64,000 nt of DNA, taken from positions 1-64,000 of IMG/VR virus record IMGVR_UViG_2671180292_000001; one strand, given 5' to 3'. The stretch comes from a virus. Lineage: Duplodnaviria; Caudoviricetes. A program made the translations under genes and the position numbers. The stretch's first letter is position 1. Each line of letters opens with the position of its first letter. The notes under the pieces were generated by a model. The model saw only the letters and a program-made list of their open reading frames with translations. It had not been told where the DNA came from and searched no databases. Below are positions 49,101-57,241 of the stretch, piece after piece.

Positions 49101-50806
49101 GCGTTGTTGACCGCAGTCACGGATGGCGCGTACTGCCCCCGCAAGAGGGCATTGGCTCGCCGGTAGCCCTCCAAATTGTTACCGACGGCCCTTGCGTTCG
49201 CGTTGATCGCTGCGGCGGCACGTTCGGCTGCGGTTTCCGTCTGCGCGACATGCAAGGCGAAGACGGCGAGCGCGGCACCGGCGGCGAGGTAAATGTTGGG
49301 CCCCGCGCGTGTGGCCGCGTTCAACAGCTTGGTCCCCAGACCCGCGCCCCGCGTGGCGGCGTTGAACTCCTTGACACCCTTCACGCTCCGACCGAGCATG
49401 CCGCCGATCGCACCCACCGGGGCACGCAGTGCCAGCGCCAGCACCGCGGCCTGTGTCAGCCCAGGCGCGAGATCATCCACGGCGGTGATCAGCTGCAGCA
49501 GCATGGTCACGGCACCCATGCCGACCGGGACCAGCGGACCCAGCGCAGTGATCAACGAGGCGACGGCTGCGCCGGTGTCCATGAGCAGCCCGGTGACGGC
49601 TTCCAGCGCGGGAGCGGCCTGCTGCTCCATGTCCCGGAAGAACTGCGTCGCCCGAGGGGAGTCCCACCCCCGCCCAAGATCAATCAAAGAGTTGGACAGT
49701 CCTTGGAACGCCGCCTTGGCCAGCGGCTCCAGCCGGGGCAGCATGCGGGCGGTCTCCGACAACACCCCGTTGTAGGCCCGCAAGCTGTCGGGGGCCAGCT
49801 CGGCAGAAAGATCCTTGAAATCATCCACCAACTGCCTGGTGGCGACCGACGCGATCCGCTCCTCACGCGACAGCGCGTCCCACAGGTCAGCCATCTCCTC
49901 CTGGCTCTTTATGACCCGTACCAGGGTGGGAATAGCCAGGCCGACCCCCGCGGCGAGCCCGAGGCCGCCTGCAGCCACCACAGGGGCCAGCGTCGCCGCA
50001 GCCGCGATAGCCGACACCAGCACCGCCAGTCGGCCGCTGAAGCTATCCAGGCTCAATCCAGCGCGGTCGGTGCGCCTACCCAGGTCCTCAACGCCGCGCC
50101 CGAGGTCCTCGAGGACGCCGCTGCCGCCGCGTCGGCCGAGGCCCTCGAACGCGTTCCGCACACCGACCACTGCGGCGAGCAGACGGGACCGTAGCGAGGT
50201 AGCAGCCCGATCAGAGGAGTGTGTGACGTTGTCGACGGAGCGTGTGACCTTGTCGATCTCCACTGTGTCGAGATCGAAAAGCGCCTCCTGAACTGCCTCG
50301 ACCTGATGCCGTAGTCGGACGATCTTGCCGTCGTCGATGTCGAACAGCATCCCCTGCCCATCGAGCATGGGAATGTCCCGGACCGCGTCGGCCGCCGCCT
50401 TCGTGCCCTTACGTGCCTTCTCCGCAGCCTCCGCAGCACCACCAAGGCTTTCCTTGGCCTTCTCAGCACCCTTCGCAAGATCCGTTGACGCTTTGGCGGC
50501 TTTCTCCGCAGCCTTCGCGGCGCGATCAAGGTTGGTACCGGCCTTCGCTGCCCCCTTGGCAAGATCCGAAGACGCCGCCTTAGCTGCCTTACGGATCGAA
50601 ACAGCAGCCTTCTCCGCGCTGCCGCCTACCTCCTTGTCGATGGTGTCACCGAGAGCAGCGGCAGCTAGCTCGGTGCGGTCGAGTTCGGCTTGAGCTTTCT
50701 TCGCAGCGGCGCGGACCCGCTTCTCAAGGCCACGCTTAATGTCCTCGTCGAGGTTGTCGAAATCAACCTCGAGCGCGACGTACGCCTTGGCGAGCTCCCC
50801 GGCCAC
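46199..50806 (-). CDS. Tape measure protein
   Basis: 1535 aa Ala-rich helical protein; ELAKAYVAL start, GPGTGTSDSI, LKIKSPSRV. Confidence 0.92.
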   Translation of the reverse strand: MAGELAKAYVALEVDFDNLDEDIKRGLEKRVRAAAKKAQAELDRTELAAAALGDTIDKEVGGSAEKAAVSIRKAAKAASSDLAKGAAKAGTNLDRAAKAAEKAAKASTDLAKGAEKAKESLGGAAEAAEKARKGTKAAADAVRDIPMLDGQGMLFDIDDGKIVRLRHQVEAVQEALFDLDTVEIDKVTRSVDNVTHSSDRAATSLRSRLLAAVVGVRNAFEGLGRRGGSGVLEDLGRGVEDLGRRTDRAGLSLDSFSGRLAVLVSAIAAAATLAPVVAAGGLGLAAGVGLAIPTLVRVIKSQEEMADLWDALSREERIASVATRQLVDDFKDLSAELAPDSLRAYNGVLSETARMLPRLEPLAKAAFQGLSNSLIDLGRGWDSPRATQFFRDMEQQAAPALEAVTGLLMDTGAAVASLITALGPLVPVGMGAVTMLLQLITAVDDLAPGLTQAAVLALALRAPVGAIGGMLGRSVKGVKEFNAATRGAGLGTKLLNAATRAGPNIYLAAGAALAVFALHVAQTETAAERAAAAINANARAVGNNLEGYRRANALLRGQYAPSVTAVNNALGQLNQSVNANNVAMLQAAQANQNLDSTYRAAGQKIEENDRKFRNVTEAAKLLAREYGITQKAAIQLANAAGVDLSRGVVESGSLIASAADKIGQYRDAANVAKSSTEVLDELFETMGNTALGAADRVDALNGALNRLANPAVQFADAGVRMRKAETDLEKALRKTNLTADQRQEKATEYARSLLTYTEAEFAATESTRRSEKAYKDNRVELEKALRKTREGPELLAALEETFGRLGVKAEEAAGGVRGAKDAVEKLAGLDVAGGLAEAGAQAGLLGASAGGAAGNVGTLAIEADKAGKKGKNAALGLSEAAAQAGNLAGSASTAAGPVGGLATQTDRAGRNGLTAAGGLSAAAQQAAGLTGKAGEAATRAALLAAESSRIGRGGLSAAAGMSEAAAQAGHLSGTASTAAANVGSLAQTAQGAGGKAATAAGKVRSLGAQINNLPKSKSIDITANTAPARGALASFLALIGQQRPSIPVAIRAPGTAGATGGLLSSGVIRRAGGGPVRQPRGGGVLRGPGTGTSDSILALIDKGRRGLAWLSNFEFIVNAKSTRKYLPLLQAINADRFASGGQVRGRVPGYATGGKISGKVTRAPMVDIGALLGADIRRGLRGSAKAIAAEVERIRKSLEKKLLAIGESVGRDFVKTISTGSASQINTAFRSLEKRITAAFRGIRTTVDDRLVARLDKQNKKLSDLAKRRDKLRAQIEEATQLAADVTSRARDFANLARFDDAQQASARTIADTLRQRLRAIQDFQRNIETLARKGLDKGALRQIVEAGVDEGGSLARMLATASQGELNQISSLQRQIDKATKSLGTQSADLLFDAGRAAGKGFLAGLKAEEKEIIKLMTEIAKSVSQTVKKTLKIKSPSRVLERDGMNTMAGYILGIRKLAARARSAVATAVQPALATAARMTPPRAATAGAPAYARPTGPREVHHHNNQFTINQAYDPRTVAHQIETRLLAAVR

Positions 50807-50826
50807 CCGGCCCCCTCGGGAAGGGA

Positions 50827-50863
50827 CGTCCGGCCCTCAGCTCAGCGACTGCTCTAAGGCTAC
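50827..50863 (-). promoter_or_regulatory. Conserved late-gene motif copy 3
   Basis: GTAGCCT-N7-GTCGCTG-N6-GGGCCGGACG. Confidence 0.7.
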
Positions 50864-51444
50864 GCCGAACCCACGCGGGAGCCGCCGATCCTGCCGCCCG
50901 ACGTGGACAGGGCGGCCATGAACGCGTCGCCTTCCTCCTCCGGGGTCCACAACGGCGACACATCCAGATCCACCCCCGGTGGCGGGGTTTCGAGCTGTGC
51001 GTCGAACCGCTCCCGGCCCTGCTCGTCCGCCCCGGCCGTGAGCCACGCGTGCACCACGTTGCAGACCTTCGCCGGCCGGTCCAGCAGCCCCTGCAAGTCC
51101 ACACCCCGCAGCGCGAGCAGGCCGTCAAGGTCAGCCCACTCAACGGCGAGGGTGCCATACAGGCGCTGCGCGACCCACCATCGGCGGCCGGTCGCCTGCT
51201 CGACCACACGCTCGGCGACCCGCTGCACATCCCACAGCATCAGCGGGTCCTCATCGTCCTCCAGACGGTCGTCCAGAGCGTCAGCGTCCTCGACGTCGAG
51301 CAGCGCGTACAGCACGCCCGTGTGCCACCCGGCGGTGGGCAGATGCTCCAGCAGGCACGACCACGGGCCGGTCAGCTCGTACACCTCGTTGTCGAGTTCA
51401 AACGACTTGGGCGGTCCTCCCAGGGCCGCCCGCCACGCCTCCAC
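50860..51444 (-). CDS. Tail assembly chaperone, T-like part
   Basis: Position before tape measure; TGRRWWVAQRL; in frame with upstream ORF. Confidence 0.7.
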   Translation of the reverse strand: MEAWRAALGGPPKSFELDNEVYELTGPWSCLLEHLPTAGWHTGVLYALLDVEDADALDDRLEDDEDPLMLWDVQRVAERVVEQATGRRWWVAQRLYGTLAVEWADLDGLLALRGVDLQGLLDRPAKVCNVVHAWLTAGADEQGRERFDAQLETPPPGVDLDVSPLWTPEEEGDAFMAALSTSGGRIGGSRVGSA

Positions 51445-51885
51445 CTACCGGCGGGCCCGAGCCCGCGCCCTCGCCGGACGCGTCTCCTGGTTGTCCTTGG
51501 CGAGGACGTCGACGATCCGGCCGAGGATGTCGTACAGGTCTTCCAGCCGGAACGGGTCGGTGTCGTCGTCCAGGCGTGCCTGCAACCTGGACGCCGAGGA
51601 CGGGGTCAGGACCTTCCGTAGGAACGCCGACCCGGCATACAGGCGGTCGGCGATGGTCGCCCGCCGTGCCTCAGCCTCCGCCAGCGCCGCCATCGTTTCC
51701 TCGAGCTTGTGCGGGCGGACAACGTGGTAGATCTCCCCGTCTAGATCGAACGGGATCGTCCGCGCGGCGACGTCCTCGACCTTCTCGTCCCGCTTCGGTG
51801 TGGTGAACACCAACTCGGGTGCGACTACCACACCCTCGATCGCGTCCTCGTCTTTGGTCGCTACCGCGTTCTCGGCCACGCCCAC
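51445..51885 (-). CDS. Tail assembly chaperone, G-like part
   Basis: IPFDLDGE, RLQARLDD..DP; position. Confidence 0.7.
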   Translation of the reverse strand: MGVAENAVATKDEDAIEGVVVAPELVFTTPKRDEKVEDVAARTIPFDLDGEIYHVVRPHKLEETMAALAEAEARRATIADRLYAGSAFLRKVLTPSSASRLQARLDDDTDPFRLEDLYDILGRIVDVLAKDNQETRPARARARARR

Positions 51886-51907
51886 GCCCCCTCATTGTCC
51901 TGATCAG

Positions 51908-52351
51908 CTAGCGTTCGCGCACAGGGTACGGCGAAACCGCCTTGAAGGCGCGCACGAGCCACTTGTCGCCCTTGACGCCCGCCACGGACTTGGCGAACAC
52001 GACCGGCCTGCTGCCCTTCGCGGCCTTCCCGCTTTTGACCTCGAACCTCAAGAATTTCGCCCGCACTGGCGTGATCCGCCGCCGCTTCGGGCCGAACATG
52101 CCGGTGCCTTCGTGCTGCCAGTACATGTAGGTCAGCGGGGAGCCGATCCTGCTGATGACCCGTGTCGCGTGGATGTCGATGGTGTGGTGGATGCTCGCCC
52201 TGCCCTGGCCCTCGTCAACCCGCGCGTTGCGTTTGGCTTGGTTCACGGTGCGGCGGGAGATCCGATCGGCGTGCCGTACGACGGGCCCGCTCCGCGCCTG
52301 TGTCAACCGCCGGTACTCGGCCTGGTTGATCGTGACCCGGACCCTCGCCAC
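51908..52351 (-). CDS. HK97 gp10-like tail completion protein
   Basis: A.VDEG.GRASI..Y..WQHEGT..WLVRA. Confidence 0.8.
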   Translation of the reverse strand: MARVRVTINQAEYRRLTQARSGPVVRHADRISRRTVNQAKRNARVDEGQGRASIHHTIDIHATRVISRIGSPLTYMYWQHEGTGMFGPKRRRITPVRAKFLRFEVKSGKAAKGSRPVVFAKSVAGVKGDKWLVRAFKAVSPYPVRER

Positions 52352-52368
52352 CGCAGCCCCCTCTCCTG

Positions 52369-52863
52369 TCAACCCGGGCAGCAGTCGCCGATGAGCACGG
52401 TCACGGTTATCCGCCCGCCGGCCATGCCACCCTGCGGGGGGATCGGCTCCCACGGACCGACGACCATCAACCGGTCGTCATCAGCGAAGCAGCAGTTCAC
52501 GGCTTGGCGCATCGCGGCGGCGTCATCGAGCTGCACCTCAACGTCACGCCGCACCTGGTCACACGACGGTGGTCGGCCGTCGTCGTCGATCGTCGCGACA
52601 CACCGGAACACGCCGAGCTCCAACTCGACGCCCCATTCGTTCGCCGGGCAGGACTCCACGTCGAACGCCTGCGCGGGGAACCGCCCCCCGGACGGGTAGA
52701 TGCGGACCACCCGCACCCACGCATGCTCCACGTCGGCGACGGCCGGGCCGAGAGACAGGCAGCAGCCGCACTCCGGCATCCCGCCGACCGTTTCGGCGAG
52801 CAGGGGGCAGAAGCAGCCCAGGAGTTCCTCGGCGAGGGGCAGCACAGCGGTGTCGAGGGTCAC
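52369..52863 (-). CDS. Tail terminator-like protein
   Basis: AWVRV, ELGVFRC, PQGGMAGG; GTGA coupling. Confidence 0.65.
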   Translation of the reverse strand: MTLDTAVLPLAEELLGCFCPLLAETVGGMPECGCCLSLGPAVADVEHAWVRVVRIYPSGGRFPAQAFDVESCPANEWGVELELGVFRCVATIDDDGRPPSCDQVRRDVEVQLDDAAAMRQAVNCCFADDDRLMVVGPWEPIPPQGGMAGGRITVTVLIGDCCPG

Positions 52864-53660
52864 GGCCACGTGGTCCGCCTCGGCGGGGTGTAGTCGGGGC
52901 TGAACACGCGGGATTTCCGCCGCAAGCCCGCAGGGTTGGTCGCACTCAGCCAAATGTCCACTTCGGGGATTCCGGTCCTGCCATGGTCGAGGAAGTCGAA
53001 GGGGTCGAGGAACGTCATCGTGACGCCCTCACGCGTCACCGACTGGACCCGCTTGGGCAGCCGACATCCGGACGCCCCGGTGCATGCTTTGATCAGCTCA
53101 CAGGCGTAGATGCCGTACGCCCACATGGCGGCGTCATCGAGAGGCAGCCCATGTAGGTAGGTCACGCAGAACCCGCCCGCGCCTTCCACGTCGCAGGGTG
53201 CGTGGAGGTCGGGGCAGCGCGGCCAGCACACCCCGTCCGTCCGTACCAACTCGCGATGGTTATCGACCCGGTACACCTCGGCCGGGATCTCGACTCCGTC
53301 CACGAGCACGCGGACGATGTCCTGGACCGGCCCGTCCAGCACGACGGAGCAGACCTTGCAGCAGGAGCAGGTGTCTTCGCAGTCGCAGTCGCCGGACCAG
53401 CAGTTGATCCACGCCCCCGCACTATTGATCATCGGCACGAATGGTGGACCGTACGAAGGCGTGTCGGCGCCGCCGCAGGACTTGCCGCACGGGCGAACGG
53501 TCACCTCGCACAGGCCGTAGCGGGCCCCCGATAGGCGATGCAAGATCTGGGCGGCGACCTTGCCCACCCGCTCCCTCAGCTCCGGTGCCGCCCCATCCCA
53601 GGCCTCGCAGCAGGTGACGTCCGGCTCTGGCCAGCACGGCGTGTGATCCCCGGTGCTCAT
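52860..53660 (-). CDS. Head-tail adaptor-like protein
   Basis: LHRLSG.RYGLC.VTVRPC, LP.RVQSVTREGV, TGIPEVDIWL. Confidence 0.7.
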   Translation of the reverse strand: MSTGDHTPCWPEPDVTCCEAWDGAAPELRERVGKVAAQILHRLSGARYGLCEVTVRPCGKSCGGADTPSYGPPFVPMINSAGAWINCWSGDCDCEDTCSCCKVCSVVLDGPVQDIVRVLVDGVEIPAEVYRVDNHRELVRTDGVCWPRCPDLHAPCDVEGAGGFCVTYLHGLPLDDAAMWAYGIYACELIKACTGASGCRLPKRVQSVTREGVTMTFLDPFDFLDHGRTGIPEVDIWLSATNPAGLRRKSRVFSPDYTPPRRTTWP

Positions 53661-54349
53661 CGCGCCCCCTCATAGCGGCAAGGGCGGGGGAACCGCGCTC
53701 GTACATGCCGCCCGGCCTCGCCTCGCCACGCGGTGGGCAGCGTCGACAGGAACGTCCACTCCTCCGGCACCGCCGCGCGGGGGTCGATGAGTTTGACGTC
53801 GGCGGTCTGCTCGCCACCGATCCGACTGAGGTTCCCGTACATCGATCGTTTGTGTAGGACGTCCAGCCGCCGGCCCAGGTCGAGCGCTCGGAGCATGCCC
53901 GCCTTCGACACCGGGAGGGGGACGTGCAGCTCATACGACAGCGGATCCGGGCGGCCGAGCTCGGCGAGCAGCGCCCGGGTTTCGCGCATGCCCCGCAGGT
54001 ACGCCCCGGAGCTGCGGGCCTCGTAGTACGCCTCGACGTCGCGGACGGGGCCACGGTGCAGCACGGGCACCTCCGAGATCGGGCGGAGCACGAACATGTC
54101 GTCGTTGGCGAGGATGAACGGGTCGCTGATCTCCAGGTGCTCGCACGCCACCCGCACGGCGAGCGTGGTGTTCCGATATTTCGATCCGAGCTGCCTGGTC
54201 GGCACATGCCTCACCCCCCGGACCCAGGACGGGCGGTAGCCGACGAGCCAGACCCGGCCATGCGGCACATGCGCGGCGATGCTGCGTAGCGCGTACCGCA
54301 GTTCCTCGGCTGGCTCTCCGACTCGTACGGGGATCACCCAGTCCACCAC
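53657..54349 (-). CDS. Stealth/glycosyltransferase-like protein
   Basis: EELRYALRSI, VWLVG..PSW, ISDPFILANDDMF. Confidence 0.65.
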   Translation of the reverse strand: MVDWVIPVRVGEPAEELRYALRSIAAHVPHGRVWLVGYRPSWVRGVRHVPTRQLGSKYRNTTLAVRVACEHLEISDPFILANDDMFVLRPISEVPVLHRGPVRDVEAYYEARSSGAYLRGMRETRALLAELGRPDPLSYELHVPLPVSKAGMLRALDLGRRLDVLHKRSMYGNLSRIGGEQTADVKLIDPRAAVPEEWTFLSTLPTAWRGEAGRHVRARFPRPCRYEGAR

Positions 54350-54356
54350 TCGCCCC

Positions 54357-55061
54357 TTAGGAGGGGTCGAGGACGAGTTCCTGGCAGCCGCACTCCGGCT
54401 CGGGCGGCGCCACGCTGGTCGCGTGGATGTCGAGGTGGTCTTCCGGACCGATGGGGGTCAGCAGCGGGCCAGCGGTCGGCGGGGTCGCGTTGTCGGTGGG
54501 ATCCACCGCATACGGCCCGTTCTGCCAGTTGCCGCCCTTCTCCGTCCGGGCAGTGATCTCGAACGTCGCACCGTCGTTCTCGATCGCGAACGAGTTGAGG
54601 ATCGCCGACTTCACCCAGGGAGCGAGGAAGTAGCCGTACAGGCGGTTGCCGGTCTCCGCGCAGCGCTGCGACGGGATGTCCGACCACACCTCCAAGGCCA
54701 CCCCGCCATCGCAGAGGATTTTCTGCCCGATTCGGTTACCGACGGGGTTGCCCGCGTAGTCGAGGACCGTCTGGTAGCCCGTCATTAGCGTGAACAGGTC
54801 AGGGTCGACCCCACAGAACGTGATCGTGAGGTTGATCCACTTCAACTCGTCGCACGCTTTGTCCGATATGCACAGTTCACCGGCTGCATTTTTCACCTCC
54901 ACCTCGTCGCCTTCTGAAATTTCGGCGGAGTAGGCGACGGAGACGAAGCCCTTGGAGACGACCTGAGAGCACGGACCCTCGACCGGGGTGCCGCACTCGT
55001 CCAGCTTGGTGACCCGCATCACGCGGCCACGCACCGACTGCCAACAAGTCAAGTCGGACAC
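54357..55061 (-). CDS. Major tail protein
   Basis: RVTKLDECG, KNAAGELC, FCGVDP, ALEVWS, YGYFL.PWV. Confidence 0.75.
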   Translation of the reverse strand: MSDLTCWQSVRGRVMRVTKLDECGTPVEGPCSQVVSKGFVSVAYSAEISEGDEVEVKNAAGELCISDKACDELKWINLTITFCGVDPDLFTLMTGYQTVLDYAGNPVGNRIGQKILCDGGVALEVWSDIPSQRCAETGNRLYGYFLAPWVKSAILNSFAIENDGATFEITARTEKGGNWQNGPYAVDPTDNATPPTAGPLLTPIGPEDHLDIHATSVAPPEPECGCQELVLDPS

Positions 55062-55078
55062 TCCTCGACGGAGAAGAG

Positions 55079-55115
55079 CGCCCGGCCCTCGTACCAGCGG
55101 CTAAATCAAGATTAC
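55079..55115 (-). promoter_or_regulatory. Conserved late-gene motif copy 4
   Basis: GTAATCT-N7-GCCGCTG-N6-GGGCCGGGCG. Confidence 0.7.
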
Positions 55116-55245
55116 CGCCACGCAGGGCAGCGTGCCGAGAGCACAAACGGCCTCATTCCTCTGTCCACCAGGGTCTTTCGCAGGGTGCCCCGGCCTTCAG
55201 GCCGGGGGTGAATGCGACCCCTGCGGAGCAGGGCAAGGAAAGCCG

Positions 55246-55398
55246 TTACGCCTCTTGGGCGGAACGGCGTTCAGCCTCTTCGACGGCACGCCGCACTACG
55301 GCGATCAACCAGGAGTTCAGGGAGCGGTCGTCGGCGGCGGCAGCGGCCTTGGCGCGCTCGTGCAGATCGTCGGGCAGTCTCAGGTTCACATGCTTCAT
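55246..55398 (-). CDS. Arc/ribbon-helix-helix protein (not in ORF track)
   Basis: Read manually: MKHVNLRLPDDLHERAKAAAAADDRSLNSWLIAVVRRAV... Confidence 0.8.
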   Translation of the reverse strand: MKHVNLRLPDDLHERAKAAAAADDRSLNSWLIAVVRRAVEEAERRSAQEA

Positions 55399-55426
55399 GG
55401 GATCATTGTGATGCTAAGATGGTCCC

Positions 55427-56617
55427 ATGTCGAGGTTTCGGATGTACCCCACGCCGCAGCAGGAGCAGCAGATGCTTCTGCACTGCGCGCACGCCCGGTA
55501 CGTGTGGAACCTCGCTGTCGAACAGCAGTCGTTTTGGCGTCCGGGCCGCAGGTCCGCGCCAGGGTTCGCCGAGCAGTGCCGCCAGCTCACCGAGGCCCGC
55601 GCCGTGTTCGACTGGCTGCGCGCCGGGTCGGTGAACATCCAGCAGCAGGCGCTCAGGGACTTCGCCCAGGCGATGGCGAACTACTTCGCCGGGACGCACA
55701 GGCGGCCGACCTGGCGCAAGGCGGGACGGCATGAGGGATTCCGTGTCGTCGGCAAGGATTACCGCGTACGCAAGGTATCCCGGAAGGTCGGCGAGGTCTG
55801 GGTGCCCAAAGCGGGATGGGTGCGGTTCCGCCTGTCACGCCCGCTTCCACCGGAAGCGAAGTCGTACCGGATCACCCGGGACCGTGCGGGCCGTTGGCAC
55901 GTGGCGTTCGCCGTCGCGCCACACCCGATCCCCGCGCCGGGCACGGGCGAGATAGTCGGGGTGGACCGGGGTGTCGCCGTGTCGGTGGCGCTGTCCACCG
56001 GGGAACTGCTGACCGCGCCAGGCCTGCGCGAGACGGAGAAAGCACGGCTGCGCCGGTTGCAGCGGAAACTCGCCCGAGCTAAGCGAGGATCTAACCGGCG
56101 GGCGCGGGTCAAGCTGGCCATCGCCCGGCTGAGGGCCCGTGAGAGCGATCGGCGCAAGGACTGGGTGGAGAAGACCTCCACCGACCTCGCGCGCCGGTTC
56201 GACATGATCGTCGTCGAGGACCTGAAGATCTCCAACATGATCCGCTCGGCGAAAGGCACCCTCGACGCGCCGGGCCGTAACGTCCGGCAGAAGTCTGGGC
56301 TCAACCGGAGCATCCTCGCCGCCGGGTGGGGACAGCTCGTAACCCGCCTGGAGCACAAGGCTCCGGGAAGGGTCGTGAAGGTCAATCCCGCGTACACGAG
56401 CCAGCGTTGCTCGGCGTGCGGGATCGTGGACCGGGAAGCGCGCGAGAGCCAAGCACGTTACCGGTGCCGGTCCTGCGGATACGCCGCCAACGCTGATGTG
56501 AACGCGGCCAGGAACATCAGGGATACCGCCGCAGGGCATGCGGTGGCTGCGCGGGAAGGGCTTCGGGTTGCCGGGCCGATGCACCGCGAACCTCAGCCCG
56601 TCCTCCTCTCTGTGTAG
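55427..56617 (+). CDS. tnpB: RNA-guided endonuclease TnpB
   Basis: ARYVWN, GVDRG, VVEDL, YTSQRCSACG, CRSCG, NADVNAARN; RuvC D-E-D intact. Confidence 0.95.
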   Translation: MSRFRMYPTPQQEQQMLLHCAHARYVWNLAVEQQSFWRPGRRSAPGFAEQCRQLTEARAVFDWLRAGSVNIQQQALRDFAQAMANYFAGTHRRPTWRKAGRHEGFRVVGKDYRVRKVSRKVGEVWVPKAGWVRFRLSRPLPPEAKSYRITRDRAGRWHVAFAVAPHPIPAPGTGEIVGVDRGVAVSVALSTGELLTAPGLRETEKARLRRLQRKLARAKRGSNRRARVKLAIARLRARESDRRKDWVEKTSTDLARRFDMIVVEDLKISNMIRSAKGTLDAPGRNVRQKSGLNRSILAAGWGQLVTRLEHKAPGRVVKVNPAYTSQRCSACGIVDREARESQARYRCRSCGYAANADVNAARNIRDTAAGHAVAAREGLRVAGPMHREPQPVLLSV

Positions 56618-56683
56618 AGCGACGGGTTGGAATCCCCCGCCTTCAGGCGGGGGAGGATGTCAAGTCAGTATCACTGTGCCATC
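56460..56683 (+). ncRNA. Predicted TnpB omegaRNA/reRNA with flanking guide
   Basis: Inferred from family biology: scaffold overlaps tnpB 3' end to TCAA, guide begins at 56664. 5' end is a guess. Confidence 0.55.
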
Positions 56684-56782
56684 GCCGCTGGCAGGTTCGG
56701 CGAGTGTGATGTCACCGCTGCGGATCTCGTCCGGATCGCCGTCCTCGTTGCAGCTGCCGCTAGCGGCGGCGTGGCAAGCGAT

Positions 56783-56810
56783 GTCCTCCCCGGCGAGAAC
56801 CGGGGAGGAC
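56783..56810 (-). terminator. Hairpin downstream of 19-aa sORF
   Basis: GTCCTCCCCGG-N6-CCGGGGAGGAC. Confidence 0.6.
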
Positions 56811-56818
56811 CACCCTGG

Positions 56819-56878
56819 TTAGAGGATGTTCACGAAGATCAGGATGTTGTTCAGCACGTCATTCAGCACGTTGATCAT
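56819..56878 (-). CDS. 19-aa sORF MINVLNDVLNNILIFVNIL
   Basis: AGGGAGG 5 nt upstream of ATG, mostly G/C third positions, TAA, then hairpin. Confidence 0.55.
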   Translation of the reverse strand: MINVLNDVLNNILIFVNIL

Positions 56879-56932
56879 CTTGTCCTCCCTTCCCTAGTGG
56901 ACCACTCTCCGAGGGCACACCTCGGAGAAGAC

Positions 56933-57238
56933 TTACGGCTCCACTGCGATGCAGTGCACCGTCACCCCCGAGGCCGCGGTTCCGACAGCGAGGACACCCA
57001 GCCCAAGCACCGTTACAGAGGCTGATTGCTGCACGTTGATCGTCGTCGAGTTGGCGGTGTTCGCCGCGATCCGTGCGGAGCGGAATCCGGCCCCGGCCTC
57101 GACCGCCAACGTGACGACCGGCGGCCCAGTGAACGCCCCTGCGGGCCAGTTGAACGTCACGTCCCCTGAGCCATTAGTGACGCCGCGGGCCCGCTCCGCT
57201 CGGGGGGCGGGCCGGGTGTACTCGCCTCCGGTGGGCAC
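56933..57238 (-). CDS. Small virion/fibre-like beta protein
   Basis: GDVTFNWPAGAFTGPPVVTL..VHCIAV. Confidence 0.65.
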   Translation of the reverse strand: MPTGGEYTRPAPRAERARGVTNGSGDVTFNWPAGAFTGPPVVTLAVEAGAGFRSARIAANTANSTTINVQQSASVTVLGLGVLAVGTAASGVTVHCIAVEP

Positions 57239-57241
57239 CGG

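Larger units (their letters stand above)
55171..56663 (+). mobile_element. IS200/IS605-family TnpB-only (IS1341-like) element
   Basis: Left hairpin CCCCGGCC-TTCA-GGCCGGGG, right hairpin CCCCCGCC-TTCA-GGCGGGGG ending GATGTCAA at 56663; left boundary approximate. Confidence 0.8.

Noticed and set aside
51445-51500. -1 slippery site in the tail chaperone
   Set aside because: No X XXY YYZ heptamer seen, and the downstream ORF is in the same frame.
55427-56617. Cas12f or nuclease-dead TnpB (TldR-type) regulator
   Set aside because: No CRISPR array; catalytic D-E-D residues and IS-type end hairpins are intact.
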